Shown one piece after another: positions 63,609-64,000 of a stretch of 64,000 bases of DNA. The notes beneath the pieces were generated by a model, which was given only the letters and a program-made list of their open reading frames with translations, had not been told where the DNA came from and searched no databases. A program made the translations under genes and the position numbers. This DNA comes from a virus: positions 1 through 64,000 of the IMG/VR virus record IMGVR_UViG_3300042691_053984. One strand, given 5' to 3'. Position 1 is the first letter of the stretch; every line of letters starts with the position of its first letter.

Positions 63609-64000
63609 TTAAATTTTTATTTGTTGATCAATCCAGTCATAGGTAATATTAACACCTTCTATTAAAGGTTGTTTAGGTTTCCAACCTACTTTTAAATAAA
63701 TTAAGTTGTTATCTGAATTTCTTCCCCTTACGCCCACTGGGCCGTCAATATTTTTAATATTGATATGCTTGCCAGCTATAAAGGCGACCATCTTCACAAG
63801 ATCATTTATTTTGATCATCTCTTCAGAACCGATGTTGACAGTAGATTGACAATCTGATCTCATCAGCCTGAGAACACCTTCTACACACTCATCGACATAA
63901 AGAAAGGATCGCGTCTGTTGTCCATCACCCCACACCTCTATGGTTCCACCATCGTCACATTCAGCGACTTTTCTACAGATGGCAGCTGGTGCTTTTTCTT
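63609..64000 (-). CDS. NAD-dependent epimerase (GDP-mannose 3,5-epimerase-like), 5' truncated by window
   Basis: KAPAAICRKVA, VWGDGQQTRSFLYVDECVEG, VGVRGRNSDN. Confidence 0.85.
   Translation of the reverse strand, partial: EKAPAAICRKVAECDDGGTIEVWGDGQQTRSFLYVDECVEGVLRLMRSDCQSTVNIGSEEMIKINDLVKMVAFIAGKHINIKNIDGPVGVRGRNSDNNLIYLKVGWKPKQPLIEGVNITYDWIDQQIKI

Noticed and set aside
1-64000. Eukaryotic giant virus or bacterial chromosome origin
   Set aside because: SD sites, sigma-70, ATGA-coupled operons and gp6/gp25/gp5-like baseplate genes indicate a tailed bacteriophage; no housekeeping operons or integrase seen.

Overview
64 kb segment of a large, T4-like-architecture (contractile-tailed) bacteriophage genome, standard genetic code. 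Left to right: six tandem divergent paralogs of an unknown, probably GNAT-fold protein (237-4826); early/accessory genes (SLT-like and CHAP-like wall hydrolases, IMPDH/GMPR, KOW protein, lipoprotein); a sigma-70 factor lacking region 4.2 followed two genes later by a stand-alone 4.2-like HTH ORF; five modular tail-fibre/adhesin genes (15.7-26.7 kb and 30.9-38.0 kb); 12 tRNA or tRNA-like genes, several atypical, with an inserted zinc-finger PD-(D/E)xK endonuclease; J-domain, NADAR and Pth2-like genes; an AT-rich baseplate module (gp6/gp25/gp5-like) with a second sigma-like factor; and a ~13 kb nucleotide-sugar/glycosyltransferase island. In that island a UDP-glucose-dehydrogenase-family gene is fractured by a naturally split intein with a free-standing endonuclease between the halves. 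Strongest leads: the split intein, the possibly split sigma factor with a matching non-canonical promoter motif, the paralog array, and a long-variable-arm tRNA with a UAU anticodon. All family calls are by motif recognition only; no searches were run.
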